Of a DNA stretch of 64,000 bases, positions 24,966 through 38,577 are shown piece by piece. The stretch's first letter is position 1. Each line of letters opens with the position of its first letter. Source of the DNA: Pseudogymnoascus verrucosus (Eukaryota); the NCBI GenBank assembly GCA_001662655.1, contig KV460206.1; one strand, written 5' to 3'. The position numbers were made by a program, and so were the translations under genes. The notes under the pieces are model-generated. The model had not been told where the DNA came from and did no database searches. It saw only the letters and a list, made by a program, of their open reading frames with translations.

Positions 24966-27365
24966 ATGCTATCCTCAAGGATGAACGCGCCGGCAAGGCG
25001 CATTTGCGCCTCTGCCAGGCTGTCAACAGTTACATCACGAAGCTCTGCTATAGCTCCTCGATCATATATATTACCAAGTACACGCGCGAATCTTCGAATC
25101 ATACCGAAACTATCCCCCGTGGTATCCCTTCGACGCTACGCCAATGGACCCCGCAAGCCACACCCTCCGGGAGGAACACACCGCATGGACATGAGTGGCG
25201 GGGAGGAAAAATCCGCACTGGAAGAATACGGCGTCGACCTTACCCAAAAAGCCAAAGACGGCAAGCTCGACCCCGTCATCGGTAGAGACTCCGAGATCCA
25301 GCGCACCATCCAAGTCCTATCGCGCAGAACGAAGAACAACCCCGTCCTGATCGGCAAAGCTGGCACGGGCAAGACGGCGATACTGGAGGGCCTGGCTCAG
25401 AGGATTGTGAGGGGCGATGTGCCGGAGTCGATGAGGGAGAAGAGGGTTGTCTCGCTGGATTTGGGACAGTTGATTGCGGGGGCGAAGTTTAGAGGGGATT
25501 TTGAGGAGAGGTTGAAGAAGGTGCTGAAGGAGGTGGAGGAGGCGGAGGGGAAGGTTATACTGTTTGTGGATGAGTTGCATATACTGCTTGGGCTGGGGAA
25601 GGCGGAGGGGAGTATCGATGCGTCTAATATGCTTAAGCCGGCATTGTCTCGTGGCGAGCTTCAATGTTGCGGTGCGACAACGATCAACGAGTACAGACTT
25701 ATCGAGAAGGATGTCGCGCTCGCGCGGAGATTTCAACCCATAATGGTGAACGAGCCAAATATTCAAGATACGGTTAGTATCCTGCGCGGCATTAAAGAGC
25801 GTTACGAGATCCATCATGGAGTACGCATATTGGACGGCGCGCTAGTTGCAGCTGCTTCGCTGGCCAATCGTTATATCACGGAAAGGTTTCTCCCAGATTC
25901 GGCTATTGACCTCATGGATGAAGCGGCCAGTGCGCTTCGGTTGCAGCAGGAGAGCAAGCCTGAGGATATTTTACGCTTGGATCAACGTATCATGACGATC
26001 CAGATTGAGCTTGAAAGTCTTCGAAAGGAAAGGGATGTTGCTAGCAGAGAGAGGAGAGAAAAGCTGGAAGCGGATTTAAAGGCGGCACAGGAAGAAGTGG
26101 GCGCGCTGAATGAGAAATGGGAGAAGGAACGTGGAGGCCTAGAAGCTATCAAAAAGCTGAAAGCCGAGCTTGAGGAAGCGAGGACGGAGCTTGAGCAAGC
26201 ACAGCGCCTCAACAACTACGGCCGTGCAGGAGAGCTTCGCTATTCTATTATCCCGAAGTTAGAGGAGCAGTTGCCAGCAGATGGTGAGACTGGATTGGAT
26301 GCAGGTTCGGAAGGCAACCTCATCCATGATGCAGTCTCGGCGGATGACATCGCTGCGGTCGTATCGCGTACCACTGGCATCCCGGTTTCTAAGTTGACCT
26401 CTGGTCATGCTGAGAAGCTTGTTCATATGGAAGACTCGTTACGGCAGTTTGTTAGAGGTCAGGACGAAGCACTAGTCTCTGTCGCCAATGCCGTCCGGAT
26501 GCAACGAGCCGGATTGAACGGCGAGAATCGTCCACTCGCCTCATTCTTCTTCCTGGGCCCTACCGGTGTTGGGAAGACGGAGCTCGCAAAGAAGATAGCG
26601 TCTTTCTTATTCTCCACCGAGCAAGCTGTTGTCCGCTTCGATATGAGCGAATTTCAAGAAAAGCACACCATCTCCAGACTCATCGGGTCTCCTGCTGGAT
26701 ATGTAGGCTACGATGATGCTGGGCAATTGACGGAAGCAGTTCGGAGGAAACCATATGCGGTTCTCCTCTTCGATGAGTTTGAAAAGGCTCACCGCGACAT
26801 TTCAGCACTCCTCCTACAGGTGCTAGACGAAGGCTTTTTAACCGATTCGCAAGGCCACAAGGTGGATTTCCGCAATACCCTCATCATCCTCACCTCCAAC
26901 CTCGGCGCTGACATCCTGGTCGGAGCGAACCTGGATCATCCCTACAAGGAGGACGACGAGGGACTAATCGATCCTGAAGTCCGCACGGCTGTTATGAACG
27001 TGGTCGCCCAGAACTACCCGCCCGAGTTCCTGAACCGTATCGACGAGTTCATCATCTTTAAGAGGTTGTCACATGAGGCATTGCGCGAGATTGTGGATAT
27101 TCGCCTCAAGGAGCTTCAGGGGAGATTGGACGAGCGGAGAATCACTCTTGAGGTCGATGACGAGGCCAAGGCTTGGCTTGCGGACCGCGGATACGATCCT
27201 CGCTTTGGAGCAAGGCCGCTGAACAGATTGATATCAAAGGAGGTGGGCAACAGGCTTGCGGATCTTATTATTCGGGGACAGCTGAGGAAGAACCAGGTTG
27301 CCAATGTTAAGGTGAAGGGAGATGGTCTGGAAATCGCATCTATCACAGGTGGGGATGAAGAGTAG
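24966..27365 (+). CDS. HSP78: Mitochondrial ClpB-family disaggregase Hsp78
   Basis: R/S-rich presequence, no ClpB N-domain, [45 protein letters not shown]; intronless 799 aa. Confidence 0.95.
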   Translation: MLSSRMNAPARRICASARLSTVTSRSSAIAPRSYILPSTRANLRIIPKLSPVVSLRRYANGPRKPHPPGGTHRMDMSGGEEKSALEEYGVDLTQKAKDGKLDPVIGRDSEIQRTIQVLSRRTKNNPVLIGKAGTGKTAILEGLAQRIVRGDVPESMREKRVVSLDLGQLIAGAKFRGDFEERLKKVLKEVEEAEGKVILFVDELHILLGLGKAEGSIDASNMLKPALSRGELQCCGATTINEYRLIEKDVALARRFQPIMVNEPNIQDTVSILRGIKERYEIHHGVRILDGALVAAASLANRYITERFLPDSAIDLMDEAASALRLQQESKPEDILRLDQRIMTIQIELESLRKERDVASRERREKLEADLKAAQEEVGALNEKWEKERGGLEAIKKLKAELEEARTELEQAQRLNNYGRAGELRYSIIPKLEEQLPADGETGLDAGSEGNLIHDAVSADDIAAVVSRTTGIPVSKLTSGHAEKLVHMEDSLRQFVRGQDEALVSVANAVRMQRAGLNGENRPLASFFFLGPTGVGKTELAKKIASFLFSTEQAVVRFDMSEFQEKHTISRLIGSPAGYVGYDDAGQLTEAVRRKPYAVLLFDEFEKAHRDISALLLQVLDEGFLTDSQGHKVDFRNTLIILTSNLGADILVGANLDHPYKEDDEGLIDPEVRTAVMNVVAQNYPPEFLNRIDEFIIFKRLSHEALREIVDIRLKELQGRLDERRITLEVDDEAKAWLADRGYDPRFGARPLNRLISKEVGNRLADLIIRGQLRKNQVANVKVKGDGLEIASITGGDEE

Positions 27366-27914
27366 GGGATGGAATGGATTGGAAATTCGGGAAGTCAAAA
27401 TTGAAATGGAGTTATCAGGGAAGGATGGGATATATTTGAGTGTGTATATTATAATATTTTTGTTACGTATATAAGACTGTATTCATAGTGGTCGTTTTAT
27501 CACGCAATAGGGCTCATGGGCTTCAGTTGGTTCAAGGATGCCTCTCCTCTTCAAAATTATGTCTATCGCCACCTGTGCTCTGCTAGAGTGGCACTTTTCA
27601 TATTTTTTTGGCAAAGAAACTCAATAGCATTCAGCTAACTTCTACCACCGAGAAATTTGCCTTCTCAGTTTTGAATAGTGGTAGATGGCAAATTATCCGT
27701 CGGGCTGCGATTCAGGTACCACTGAGGAACCACACGTGCGGCAACGCGGCTCTGCGCTAAATAGGCGACCAATTAAATCTCTCACCCCTCCCACAATATT
27801 TGCGAAAAGAACATCCGCACTCCTCGAGCCCAAATAGAGATCGCGACATTACAACTTCTTCTTTTACGATCGCTCAATAACCTCGTCTCTATCCTCAATT
27901 ACCAAATTTTCACC

Positions 27915-29038
27915 ATGGGTTTCACCGATCTTGTCTCCGAGGCTGGTCTCACTGGTAAGTCTTGGCTTCTGTCATTTTCCCTCAAATTCCCTCTCGACGG
28001 CTCGATTTGAACCCCTCTATTTGGCCAAGAAATGGAAAATTTGGAGATCAACAACGCTGACTTCTTCCAGTCCTCAACAGCTACCTGACCACCCGCTCTT
28101 ACATCGTTGGGTAAGCATACAATCTCTTCAGATTTCACCTATACCTCTCTGCCATGCCACTCCGTTGCTGTCCATGACAGTAGCGGTGACTCAACCTTCC
28201 CCTCATTATGAAGAACGATATTGGTCCGTGTTACTGAGGGGCCTCAAGAACCCCATTATGGCGACAAAACCAAGCACTTGTGCAACTCTGATTTGAAACA
28301 TTGGCTTCCATTTCATGCTCTATACGCATTTGTGGTCTTATCAGCAATTCTAACAAGACTATAGCTACAACGCCTCCCAAGCCGATGTTGCCACCTTCAA
28401 GGCTCTCTCCTCCGCCCCAGACGCAGCCAAGTACCCCAACGCTGCCAGATGGTACAAGCACATCGCTTCCTACACCGATGAGTTCGAGACCCTCTCCGGT
28501 GACTCCACCAAGCCATACACCGCCTACGGCCCTGAGGTCGCCGAGGTTACCCTGAACCCAGCCAAGGCACCTGCCGCCGAGGAGGAGGAGGATGAGGATG
28601 TCGACCTTTTCGGCTCCGATGACGAGGAGGAGGATGCCGAGGCCGTCAGGATCCGTGAGGAGAGACTAGAGGAGTACAGAAAGAAAAAGGAGGGTAAGGT
28701 CAAGCCTGCCGCCAAGTCCGTCGTCACCCTTGATGTTAAGCCTTGGGACGATGAGACCGATATGGTCGCTCTTGAGGCCTCTGTCCGCAGCATCACTAAG
28801 GATGGTCTCGTCTGGGGTGGATCCAAGCTCGTCGCTGTTGGTTTCGGTATCAAGAAGCTCCAGATTAACTTGGTCGTTGAGGATGAGAAGGTTGGTCTTG
28901 ATGACCTCCAGGAGGAGCTTGCCGAGACTTTCGATGAGTACATCCAGTCTTCCGATGTCGTAAGTTACACCACATATCCCTCAAAATACAGCATCAAATC
29001 ACTAACACATTTACTAGGTTGCTATGCAAAAGTTGTAG
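27915..29038 (+). CDS. EFB1: Translation elongation factor 1-beta; 4 exons
   Basis: [71 protein letters not shown]; introns 27955-28070, 28111-28364, 28960-29017. Confidence 0.97.
28203..28295 (+). ncRNA. snR18: Box C/D snoRNA U18 (snR18) in EFB1 intron 2
   Basis: Box C ATGAAGA 28208-28214; guide TTGGTCCGTGTT 28221-28232 (complementary to LSU rRNA AACACGGACCAA); D' CTGA 28234-28237; C' ATGGCGA 28258-28264; D CTGA 28288-28291; yeast snR18 is also hosted by EFB1. Confidence 0.9.
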
Positions 29039-29427
29039 ATGGTATGGAGTCTTTTAGATCTAGTCTATTTGCCCATATCCAGCGCCGTGACGACGTAATG
29101 TCACATTTTCGAGCTGGAGTTGAAGGTTAATTTACTGTCAGAAGAGTACAAACGAAGCTTTATGACATGATGATATCATAACTAGCGATAGAACCCGAAA
29201 ATTCCATGCGCTGAAAATGTCTGGGAATAATTTAAAGAGCTGTAAATATTGTGATATACGTGTTCGTGAATTTTGTATAAACAGTATGGGGAACACCTGA
29301 TGTGACCCTAGCTTAGTTTGCGGGAGCTGTAGCGCCAAGCATCCATGCCCAGAAAGTGAACGTCAACCACAAGCTATCAGAGTGCTGTGCTGACGAATAG
29401 CCTCGACAACACCCAACAAAACAAACA

Positions 29428-29905
29428 ATGCCCTGGATCTCGAAAGCAACGACGGGCCTCGGCCTGCTGTTCCTCGCACACGCGTACGCTCCCCCACAAT
29501 CCATCCCCTTGAGCTCCATTCCTGACCCAACACCCATCTAGTTGCTACTCAGCCCAAGAGCACTCCGCATTACAGTCCACCACCAACGCACTCCACGATG
29601 TGCCCTCCTCCGCCAGCCTCCCCACAGACATCGTCCTCGAAACCATCATCTCCTTATTCACCACCATCCTGGGCCTGGTGCTAGGCACAGCTGAGCTGCG
29701 TCCGATACGCTGGCGCGTGTGGGCCGGCAAGATTGAGCGCGAGGGCGAGAAGGGGTTCCTGGGCGCGGATGGACTGGTCGCGAAGGACTATGTTGGGAAT
29801 CCGTATAAGGCGCTGGAGAGCAGACCGGGGTTTGTGGATATTAGGAAGCAGAAGAAGGAGTTTGCGGAGTGGGTGAGGGAGGGGGGGAGTGCGGAGGTGC
29901 GCTGA
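29428..29905 (+). CDS. EMC5: ER membrane protein complex subunit 5 / MMgT family; 2 exons
   Basis: GLLFLAHA|CYSAQEHS (intron 29484-29541), SLPTDIVLET, LESRPGFVDIR. Confidence 0.85.
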
Positions 29906-30302
29906 AGGGGGGGCGAGGGTGTATAATATGGGTTATGGATGGGGAAGATGGAGATGAATAAAAAATTCAAGTATGTCATACATTCATGGAGCGTCGAAGA
30001 ATAGATTGGTTCCCTTTTCTCATTGGAATCTTGTGATAAATCGTAGGTGTAAGTTGCGCCTATATTATTTATTCAGGTCATTCCAAAATCAATTCTTATG
30101 GGTGCTGTGGTTTCTTCTACTCTTTATATTATCCGCCGAGTAGCACTGTGTGAGAGAGTCGACTCTCCAGGCCGAGGCAGAGGAGTGATGCTCGCCAATT
30201 CCCAACCTCAGTCACCAACGACCGTTTGTCCACACTGCTGTCTCTTGAGTCCAAAAGAAATATTGAACTTTCAATAACCACGGAATGCACAAATAAGTAG
30301 CA

Positions 30303-33300
30303 ATGTCCTCCAAGCGTCAGAAAACCAGCTCACAGTCGAGCTCGACTGCCTGGTTTTCAGGCCATGGGTCCAAGTTCGCCCCCAGAGGCAACACCCATAC
30401 CTCAGAAACCGCTTCATCTCCTGGGTTTCAAACCCCAATAGGTCGAAGGACCATTGCTAGGAGCCAATCCGCAAATGCTCGATTTTCCAGGCAAGGCTCC
30501 GTGCTGCGAACTTCCCTTTCCCCCTCGTCACCCACTTTGCCACAAAAACGGACCTCCTTCGGATTGCCGCGGTCTCATGCAAACAGCGGCGGCTCCTCAT
30601 CCCTCTCACGCATCAGTAATCATATTGCTGAAATCGAGAGCGAGGCAGAAGTCCAGGATCGCGAGGATTCCGATGCGTTGAACGAGATCATAATGGCAAT
30701 CGACATGAGAGATCGGGGTACGCTGGGGTGCGCATATTACATTGCAAGAGAGGAAAAGTTGTTCCTTATGGAGGATATAAAACTGTCTGGCCTGGATATT
30801 GTTGATACTCTGAAGCTACATGCTTCGCCAACTGTTGTTCTCATCAGTACCAAGTCGGACGACGCACTTGAAGACCATCTCATGAAAGAGGCCAAGGATG
30901 CAAGCCGCGGTGATACTCCTGGTATGCTCACCCCGGCCTAACTTAACTTGAAAACAAAGTGGTGGTTGTTATACTAACTACTATCAGATGCACTTTTTGG
31001 TGCATATGTTCTCGATTCAAGACCGTCAGCTGAGTTTCAGTATGAACCTGCGAAGAGCAAACTGGTGAACTACGACCTCAGCGGTAGCAATGATCCACGC
31101 ATGCAGTTCTCCACACCCGGTGATGAGCTTATGGGAAACATGGGATATATGCAAGACCCTGAAGAATATGAAGCTGCAGGTCATCAAGGACGACTTCTCA
31201 GACTTGCCGGGTGCATTGATCTTGAGAGCCGTGTTTCGGTGCGTTTAGCAGTGACATGGTTTATCAGGAAACAAATATCTAACGTTATTACAGATTGGGT
31301 GTGCGGGTGCAGTCCTGAGCTATCTTGCCAGACGCAGAACGACTGAATATTTGCCATGGGATCAAGAAGCCCTCGTAGCATTTAATGTCAACACGATCGA
31401 GATGTTTAGCCTGGCAGACTTGATGTTTATCAATACCGACACGCTTAACTCGCTACAGATTCTCCAGTCTGAATTTCACCCAAACACACATATGCAGGGG
31501 CCTACCAAATCCAACTCAGGGGTCAAAGAAAGCTTATCTGTGTATGGTCTCTTCCGCCAACTGGCTCACACCCCCCAAGGCAAACACAAGCTCCGACAAG
31601 CTTTCCTCAGACCAAGCTTAGATTTGGATTTGATACAGGAACGCCACAATACTATTGCTATCCTTCTCAGACCTGGCAATGCGGAGGCTTTAAATGTCAT
31701 TATCCAGAGCCTCAAACGAATCAAGAATATTCGTACCGTGCTGATTCATCTCACGAAAGGGGTCAGTGCACCAGCCAGCAAAGGCGGAGCAATAAAGCAG
31801 GGCATATGGGGAAGCCTGCAGCAATTCACCTTCCATTCGTTGAAGGTTGTAGATGCAATTCGAAGCATTGAAGATGGGGATAAGCTGGCGATTGTAGGCA
31901 AGGTCAATACCCCATTATATTTCCAAGTTCCGTCCCATATTCTTACTGTCCCCTTAGGTTCTGAAAGAATTGCAGCCAGCCGAGCTACATGTGGTTGGTG
32001 AGCTCATTACCCAAACTGTGGACTTTACAGAATCCGATATACATCATCGCACCATCGTTATGCAAGGCGTGGATCCAGACCTTGACAGCCTAAAGAGGAC
32101 ATACGATGGTCTCGAAGACTTCTTGAGTCAAGTGGCAGCAAAATTGGCGGCTGAGTTGCCTGAATGGGCTACTAAGTATGTCCAAAACTGCATATTCTTT
32201 CCCCAACTGGGATTTCTCACTGTGGTTACTCTCGATCCTGAGACTGGAAAGGGTAACTACGAAGGCCAGGGGCTGGATGACGACGTCTGGAATCTATCAT
32301 TCTGCACTGAGGATATGGGATACTACAAGAACCGCCAAATGAAAGAGCTAGACAATCATTTTGGTGACATGTATGGCATGATTTGTGGTACGTGACAACT
32401 GGAATATTAACATTGGTGTGCTGGCTAACGCAAGACACAGACAGGGAGATTGAGATTATTCATGAACTTGCAGTAGGAGTACTTAAACATGAGAAGGTTC
32501 TCAAAGACACATCGGACATCATAGGAGATCTCGACTGTCTCGTTGCCCTCGCACAAGGAGCCCGAAAGCACAACCTTCTGCCCCCACAGATGACAAACGA
32601 CAATGTAATAGATATTACTGGTGGCCGGCATCTTTTGCAAGAGCTGACAGTACCCTCGTATGTTGCCAATGATGTTTTTATCCAGGGAGGCAGTGGCAAA
32701 GAAGATGACGAGGAAGTGATAACTGCAAATGATGACCAGCCAAAGGGCCCGAGCCTCTTATTGATGACCGGGCCAAACTACTCCGGCAAAAGCGTATATC
32801 TCAAGCAAATCGCGCTCATCGTTTATATGGCGCATATTGGAAGCTTCGTCCCAGCAGACAGCGCCACCATTGGCTTGACTGACAAAATATTAACCCGAAT
32901 TGCCACGCGCGAAAGCATTTCCCGCGCCCAGAGCGCTTTTATGATCGACCTGCAGCAGATTGCACTGGCTACCACATTGGCCACATACCGCAGTCTCATT
33001 GTTATCGACGAGTTTGGGAAAGGAACGAACTCTTCCGACGGAGCGGGCCTAGCCTGTGGTGTCTTCGAATACTTCCTCAGTCTAGGGGCTAACCGACCCA
33101 AAGTCATCGGTGCCACACACTTCCACGAGATATTCGCAAGTGGTGCACTACAGGATCGCCCAGAGCTGGAGTTTGGACACATGGAAGTGCGTGTCGACGC
33201 AGATAGCGAGAGCGTTGAGGACCAGGTCACGTATTTGTACAACTACAAATCCGGCAAGAGCATGTCAAGCTTTGGGACTTGCTGCGCTGCGATGAATGGG

Positions 33301-33534
33301 GTCGATCCTGCGATTGTTGAGAGGGCGGAAGAACTTATTATTCTCTCGAGCAAGGGGGAAGATCTGGTAGCTGCGTGTGCAAAGATTTCACAGGAAGAGG
33401 CGGCGAGTTTGGAGGAGGCGGAGCAGATGGCGAGGAGATTTTTGGCGCAAGATATGCATTATCAGAACGGGAAAGGGGGCATGATGGCTTCTGGTGTTAA
33501 GGAAGTGCTTCATGGCATATTGGCGAGAGCTTGA
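30303..33534 (+). CDS. MSH5: Meiotic MutS homolog 5; about 5 exons
   Basis: [87 protein letters not shown]; introns near 30922, 31239, 31903, 32388. Confidence 0.92.
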
Positions 33535-33863
33535 ATTCAAGTTCCGTATTATTGATAATCTGCACATCTCTTTGCTATATCGCTAACACACGAACTATTT
33601 TTCAACCTGCTCGGGCTAGCTAGCTGTCACAATTAAGAAGTTTTATGACGCATTTGCTTTCTCAAACGCTGTACCTTATTCACCAAATGCAATGGTAATT
33701 AGCATTAATTGGAACAGTTGGCAAATATTAATCCCAGATTCAAGATGACAAGCACATAAGACAGAGTGTTTTGATTCAGGGGCTGTTATTTGAAGCCGCA
33801 CGCGAACAATCAAGAAAGAGTTTCCTCGATTAGAATTTATACCTAACTCACACACAACGCTCG

Positions 33864-36312
33864 CTACTTGATAATTTCGAGATCATCATCGTCGTCATCA
33901 TTATCATCGAACAGAACCTTCGCCGCATCCCCCCCAAAGCTCTCCCTCCCAGCTTCCCTGATCCCCTTCGCAGTCACAAAACGCGTCTTCTTCTTCACAG
34001 GCTGCAATCTCTCTCCATCCTTCATCCGTCCCAGCTCTTTCGTAAGATGCCCTCCCCACCCCATTGCTGGGGCACTAGAACTTGTAGAATCAGTCCCTGT
34101 CCTCTTCCGCTTCACCGGGCCCAGACTCATGTCGCTAGCCTTCCCGCCTAGAAGCCCAAGCTGCTTCGCGTCAGGGCGAGCCTCTGGCTGCCACAAATCA
34201 GCTTCGCTCTCCTGCCGTTGCGATTGCTGGGAGCCGGATCCAACACGCATATATTCTGCGCCTAACCCGCCGCCCAAATCTGCCAATTGTTTTTGCAGAT
34301 CCCGCTCCTTCTCTTTCTCTGCCAATCTTTGCCTCATCCTCTGTGCTTTTTGCATCTTTTCGCCTGCTTCTCCTTCAAAGCGAACATCTCCCCTATGTAC
34401 ATACATTGTTGACTGGGTACCTCTATCATATGCAACACCTTGGTTTTGGTTTTTCTTCAGAAGTTCTGATCGGCGTTCTGCGTGATTATATATCTCGTTA
34501 TTACGGCGACCACCCCTTTTACCAGCTTTGGAGTCGAAGTCCATGGTGCTCACCTCCATTCGGGAGGCTTTAGTCCTTTTGAGAGTTTCATTAACGTGAT
34601 ATTCGCAATACTCGGTGCGACGTTTGTCAACCCAGGTGCTGCATGCATTGCCGTCTTTCTTGATTGACTTGCAGTATCCCAAGTCTCTTGCTGTGCCAAT
34701 TTCTAAGATTGTGTCGTCACTCGAGTTGATGACTAGACTAAATCGCCCTGTGTCTGTCTTCACGGGTTTCATGATGGTCGGGTTGAGTATAGCAACCACT
34801 GTGCCTGTGGTGAGTTTCCAGTATTTTTGGAAGCCTGTATCAAAAAGGAACAGATCCACCTCCCACTTCAGATCGCAGAGACACTGGATCATGAATTTCT
34901 GGCCTTTAGTAGCTCCATTTTTCTGAGGTTTTGGATCGGATTTAGAAGCAAGGATGGCGAGAACGACGATGTCTTCCTCTATCTCAGGTAATCGAAAATC
35001 CGGCGCCTTAACATCTCGGAGGAGATCAGGAAGCGTGAATATTTTCTTGCCCGCTAATGTCCGAGAGAGGACGTTATGGGGAATGATCCGTTTTGACAAG
35101 TGGAGGGAGGAGAATGACTCAAATTCGACTAGATCGGTTTGTGAGCCCCCAGGTATCGATTGAATTGATGAGGCGGAAGATTTAGGCCCAAGTTGAGAAG
35201 AAGGTTGCGAGTCTGTAGAGTGTGCAAGTGTCGAAGCAGTCGATCCACTGACATTCCTTGACGTCGAATTCAGGTAGCTTGTGCTTTTACTTTTGTGTAA
35301 TGTGCCACCACCAGGGCCCTGCAACCCGCTCAATACCTGGTCTCTGCTGAACTCTGGCACTTGTGGTCGCACTTCCGGCAATGGAACTGCGGCAGACTTA
35401 AAGTCCTCCATTTGCCTCGCATCGATATCAAAGGCCCTGCTCCGGAGCCTCTTGAGCCTTGCATCTGTTTCTTTCTGGGTGGTTTCTTGGTCTCTAACTT
35501 TGGCCATACGCTCACTGAAAGACGTGGCAGGCCTGCTCTGAGATTGAGACGTTGAGGGCACTGGAGCAAACGGATCTTGGTTAGCCATAGGTGACTTGGA
35601 TCTCTGTAAATAGCCACCAGCACGCTTTACATTCTCCATCAGCGCATCCGTCGGTTTGCGGAGACTGGGTGGTGGCCTCTTCAAGGATACATCGCAGCCT
35701 CGGAGCCCTTTGTCAATCCCCAGGAGAACCCTACTAGGCGACCTTGTAGGCTCCGGTGCTTGGAGTTTTCGGACCGGCGACACGGGCACATGAATGCTAG
35801 CCTGCGACCTAGCCCTCTCTTGCCTCTCTTCGCGAAGTCCAGATATATTCGATCGTCCGTGGACTGCTGCTGAGGAATTCGCTCGTAAATTCGGCACCGT
35901 CCCAGACCTCGGTATAGCCAACGCGATGGCATCCCCACCCCCGGCCTTTGCTTTCTGCAGCTTCTTAAGCTTTAGTCGCGCTTGTATCTCTTGCAATTTC
36001 AGTTGCAACGTCTCCTCGTCCTCGTCTTCGTCGTCATCATCGTTTAAGTCGGCCGACGCCGTCGCAAGGGCTGCTGCGCCATATTGTCGGTTTCGTGAAG
36101 GAGTTTGTCTATCTCGTTTCGAGGGGGATGGCGAAGGTGATGTTCGTTCCGCAAGCCGACGAAGGCGTTCTCGCCCACCTGGGGTGCTTTTGAGCGCATC
36201 CATTGGAGACCTCGGCGGCCAATGTGGGATATCCGCCGTTGCTGGTAGGTATTAGTACATGTAAATAATTCCAGCTGCTGCGATGGGAACAGAGAGCCAT
36301 ACATTGAGACAT
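33864..36312 (-). CDS. MCM10: DNA replication factor Mcm10 (Cdc23); 2 exons
   Basis: MSQ S|TADIPHWPPRSP (intron 36302-36242); FESFSSLHLSKR; OB fold (LFLF..F.KYWKL..GTVVAILNP); EIGTARDLGYC..KKDG..C..WVD...EYCEYH zinc finger. Confidence 0.9.
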
Positions 36313-36765
36313 ATCGCCGAGTCCTTCCCTCCATCAATGTTATATCGGATCACTGAGGGGTCGCACCATGCTATTGGGGTGTTGTTGTTGTTACGCAGGG
36401 ATCGGGGTATAATAAAAATCAATTAAGGACATCCAAGTGATGCTGAAAGTTGTATAAAACTCCGCGCCAAAAAATACACTCAAAATATAAAATACGGATG
36501 TAGCTTGGACAACTCCGGACCTCTGCGAAAGTAAATATTATATCCCGCCAGCGGTTCGTCAACGGCGGGTTTCAACTTTAATTTGCTGTTGTCCTTCGTT
36601 CCTTCTTGGGTAAATTGAATTGTAAGGGGGTCGCGAAAGTTGCGCGGGCTTGGACGCGTTGGAGTCGCGTCTCTTATCGTTATCGCAATTCAGGAACGAA
36701 CAACTGCTGTTCGAGACTTCGGCATCAACAGAACATACAGAACACATTGTTCAGCGACAGAGGCA

Positions 36766-38142
36766 ATGGCGCCCAGTACGACCAGATCAAAAGCAAAGGC
36801 GAAGGGGCCAGCACCCAAGACTGGGGCCGGCGCAACATCCGCAACCACACAGAAGAAGCCAGTACAACCCGATTCTAAGAACCCGCCCAAACTCTTCGTC
36901 CTTCCCAAGGACGTCAGCTCCGAAGCTCGAATTGCTACATTAGCCCATCCTAGAACTTCCGATCCCACACGATACTTCATCTGCCCGGAAAAGGGTTTCT
37001 TTGAGTTCACAAAAATCGCCGCCCCGAAGTCCCAACCTCGAAGTTGGCTGCTCGCCCCTAACGAGGAGGAATGCGCAGCGGAAGATTCTCAAACTACTAG
37101 TAATGGAAAAAAGGAGGCCACCGTGAAAGATGAAGGAAACGAATATACACCTTCAGAAGGCTATATCACCTCCTCGGCCGACCTCTTCCTCGCCACGCCC
37201 ATAGACCCGCTGTTCCTCCTCCTCCCTGCTCTCGCCGGCAAGTCTTCCAAGCCCAAAGAAGAACCTAAGCGCCTCTTCCTCGAAGCAGACGACTATCTCG
37301 ACATCCTCTCCTCCGCGTCACCCCACCTCAAGTCACTTCTTAGCCAAGACTCTTTGCGCAGCAAGTTCACGGATCGCCTAGATGCCGTTTGCGACACAGT
37401 TGATGCCGGCGAGACCATGTACCGCCTCTCTGAGCCTAAGCTCATCGCCATTTTAGCTGAGAAATGTACGACAGTAGTCGAAAAGGGGCTCCCGGCAAGC
37501 ATGGAGGACTTGCTAGTTAGCAAAGCCCTGGCCGTCCCTCTCCTCTCCGTAACGCGCGGAGAGGATTGCCCTGACGAGGAACCTGAAGTTGCCGACGCAG
37601 AGAGTAGCGCTACTCCCAAGACCGAGAGCGCCGAGTCGCAAACACCAAGCTCAGCTACAGATAGCTCTGCAACCCCAGTTTCGGAAGCATCCACCGCCCT
37701 AACGACGCCTTCACCAGATGCCAAACCACCAATCGTTGCCCCTGAAGGCGTGCCGCACCTCCTTCGCCTCCGCACCGCCTTCCAGTACCTCTGCTCTTCC
37801 TACATACCGGCCTCACTCAGCGCTTCTTTGGCTACCAAACTCAACACCCCCTTCCCCGACCAAGCAGCGTCTTTCCCCGATTTCACCCCCCTAGACACCC
37901 ACCTTGCGCACCTCGCAAAGCTACGCGCCGACGCCATAGCATCGCGGTCTATGAACGACTTCTCAAGGAAGAGAGGCTTTGAGGACGAGGAAGCGGGTGA
38001 GACTAGGGCGGAGAAGAAGCGGAAGAAGGAGGAGGAAGAGAAGCTGGCGAAGAAGAATGAGAGTAGGGGTGTGAGAGATTTGAAGAAGGTGAATGTGAGC
38101 GGGATGAAGAAGATGAGTGATTTCTTCAAGAAGAAGACGTGA
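36766..38142 (+). CDS. RNH202: Ribonuclease H2 subunit B (Ydr279-like)
   Basis: LAHPRT, PRSWLL, LFLATPIDPLFLLLP, LDAVCD, C-terminal PIP box KVNVSGMKKMSDFF. Confidence 0.88.
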   Translation: MAPSTTRSKAKAKGPAPKTGAGATSATTQKKPVQPDSKNPPKLFVLPKDVSSEARIATLAHPRTSDPTRYFICPEKGFFEFTKIAAPKSQPRSWLLAPNEEECAAEDSQTTSNGKKEATVKDEGNEYTPSEGYITSSADLFLATPIDPLFLLLPALAGKSSKPKEEPKRLFLEADDYLDILSSASPHLKSLLSQDSLRSKFTDRLDAVCDTVDAGETMYRLSEPKLIAILAEKCTTVVEKGLPASMEDLLVSKALAVPLLSVTRGEDCPDEEPEVADAESSATPKTESAESQTPSSATDSSATPVSEASTALTTPSPDAKPPIVAPEGVPHLLRLRTAFQYLCSSYIPASLSASLATKLNTPFPDQAASFPDFTPLDTHLAHLAKLRADAIASRSMNDFSRKRGFEDEEAGETRAEKKRKKEEEEKLAKKNESRGVRDLKKVNVSGMKKMSDFFKKKT

Positions 38143-38577
38143 GGGGCGTGGATACCCTTGGGTCATGAGTGCTGTGTATGAGTATTTGAAATATGGGCGC
38201 TTATGTGGAGTTTGCGTGGGGGCTTTTCAGGCGTTTGGGCGGTTGCATGAACATTATTAGCATTGTTGAACGTTCCTGGTGTGGAATACAGATAAATGTC
38301 AGAATCAGCATTATAGTTTCCCGATTTAGAACGAGATATATAGTGAACCACGTCCTAGACCCAATAACAAGTATTTATAATTTGCTACTGGAGAATGCTA
38401 CCTCTCTTATACCCAAAATATATAGATTCTCATGCACACAAACAAACCAAACTCCTATTACTACAGTTCGATGTTGACACACTCGTATATATAACATGCC
38501 TGTGCCTGGCATTAAATAGTCCCGACCCCAAGCCCACGATGCTTCTACCCGAGGGTACACCCCAGTTCAGTCATCTA

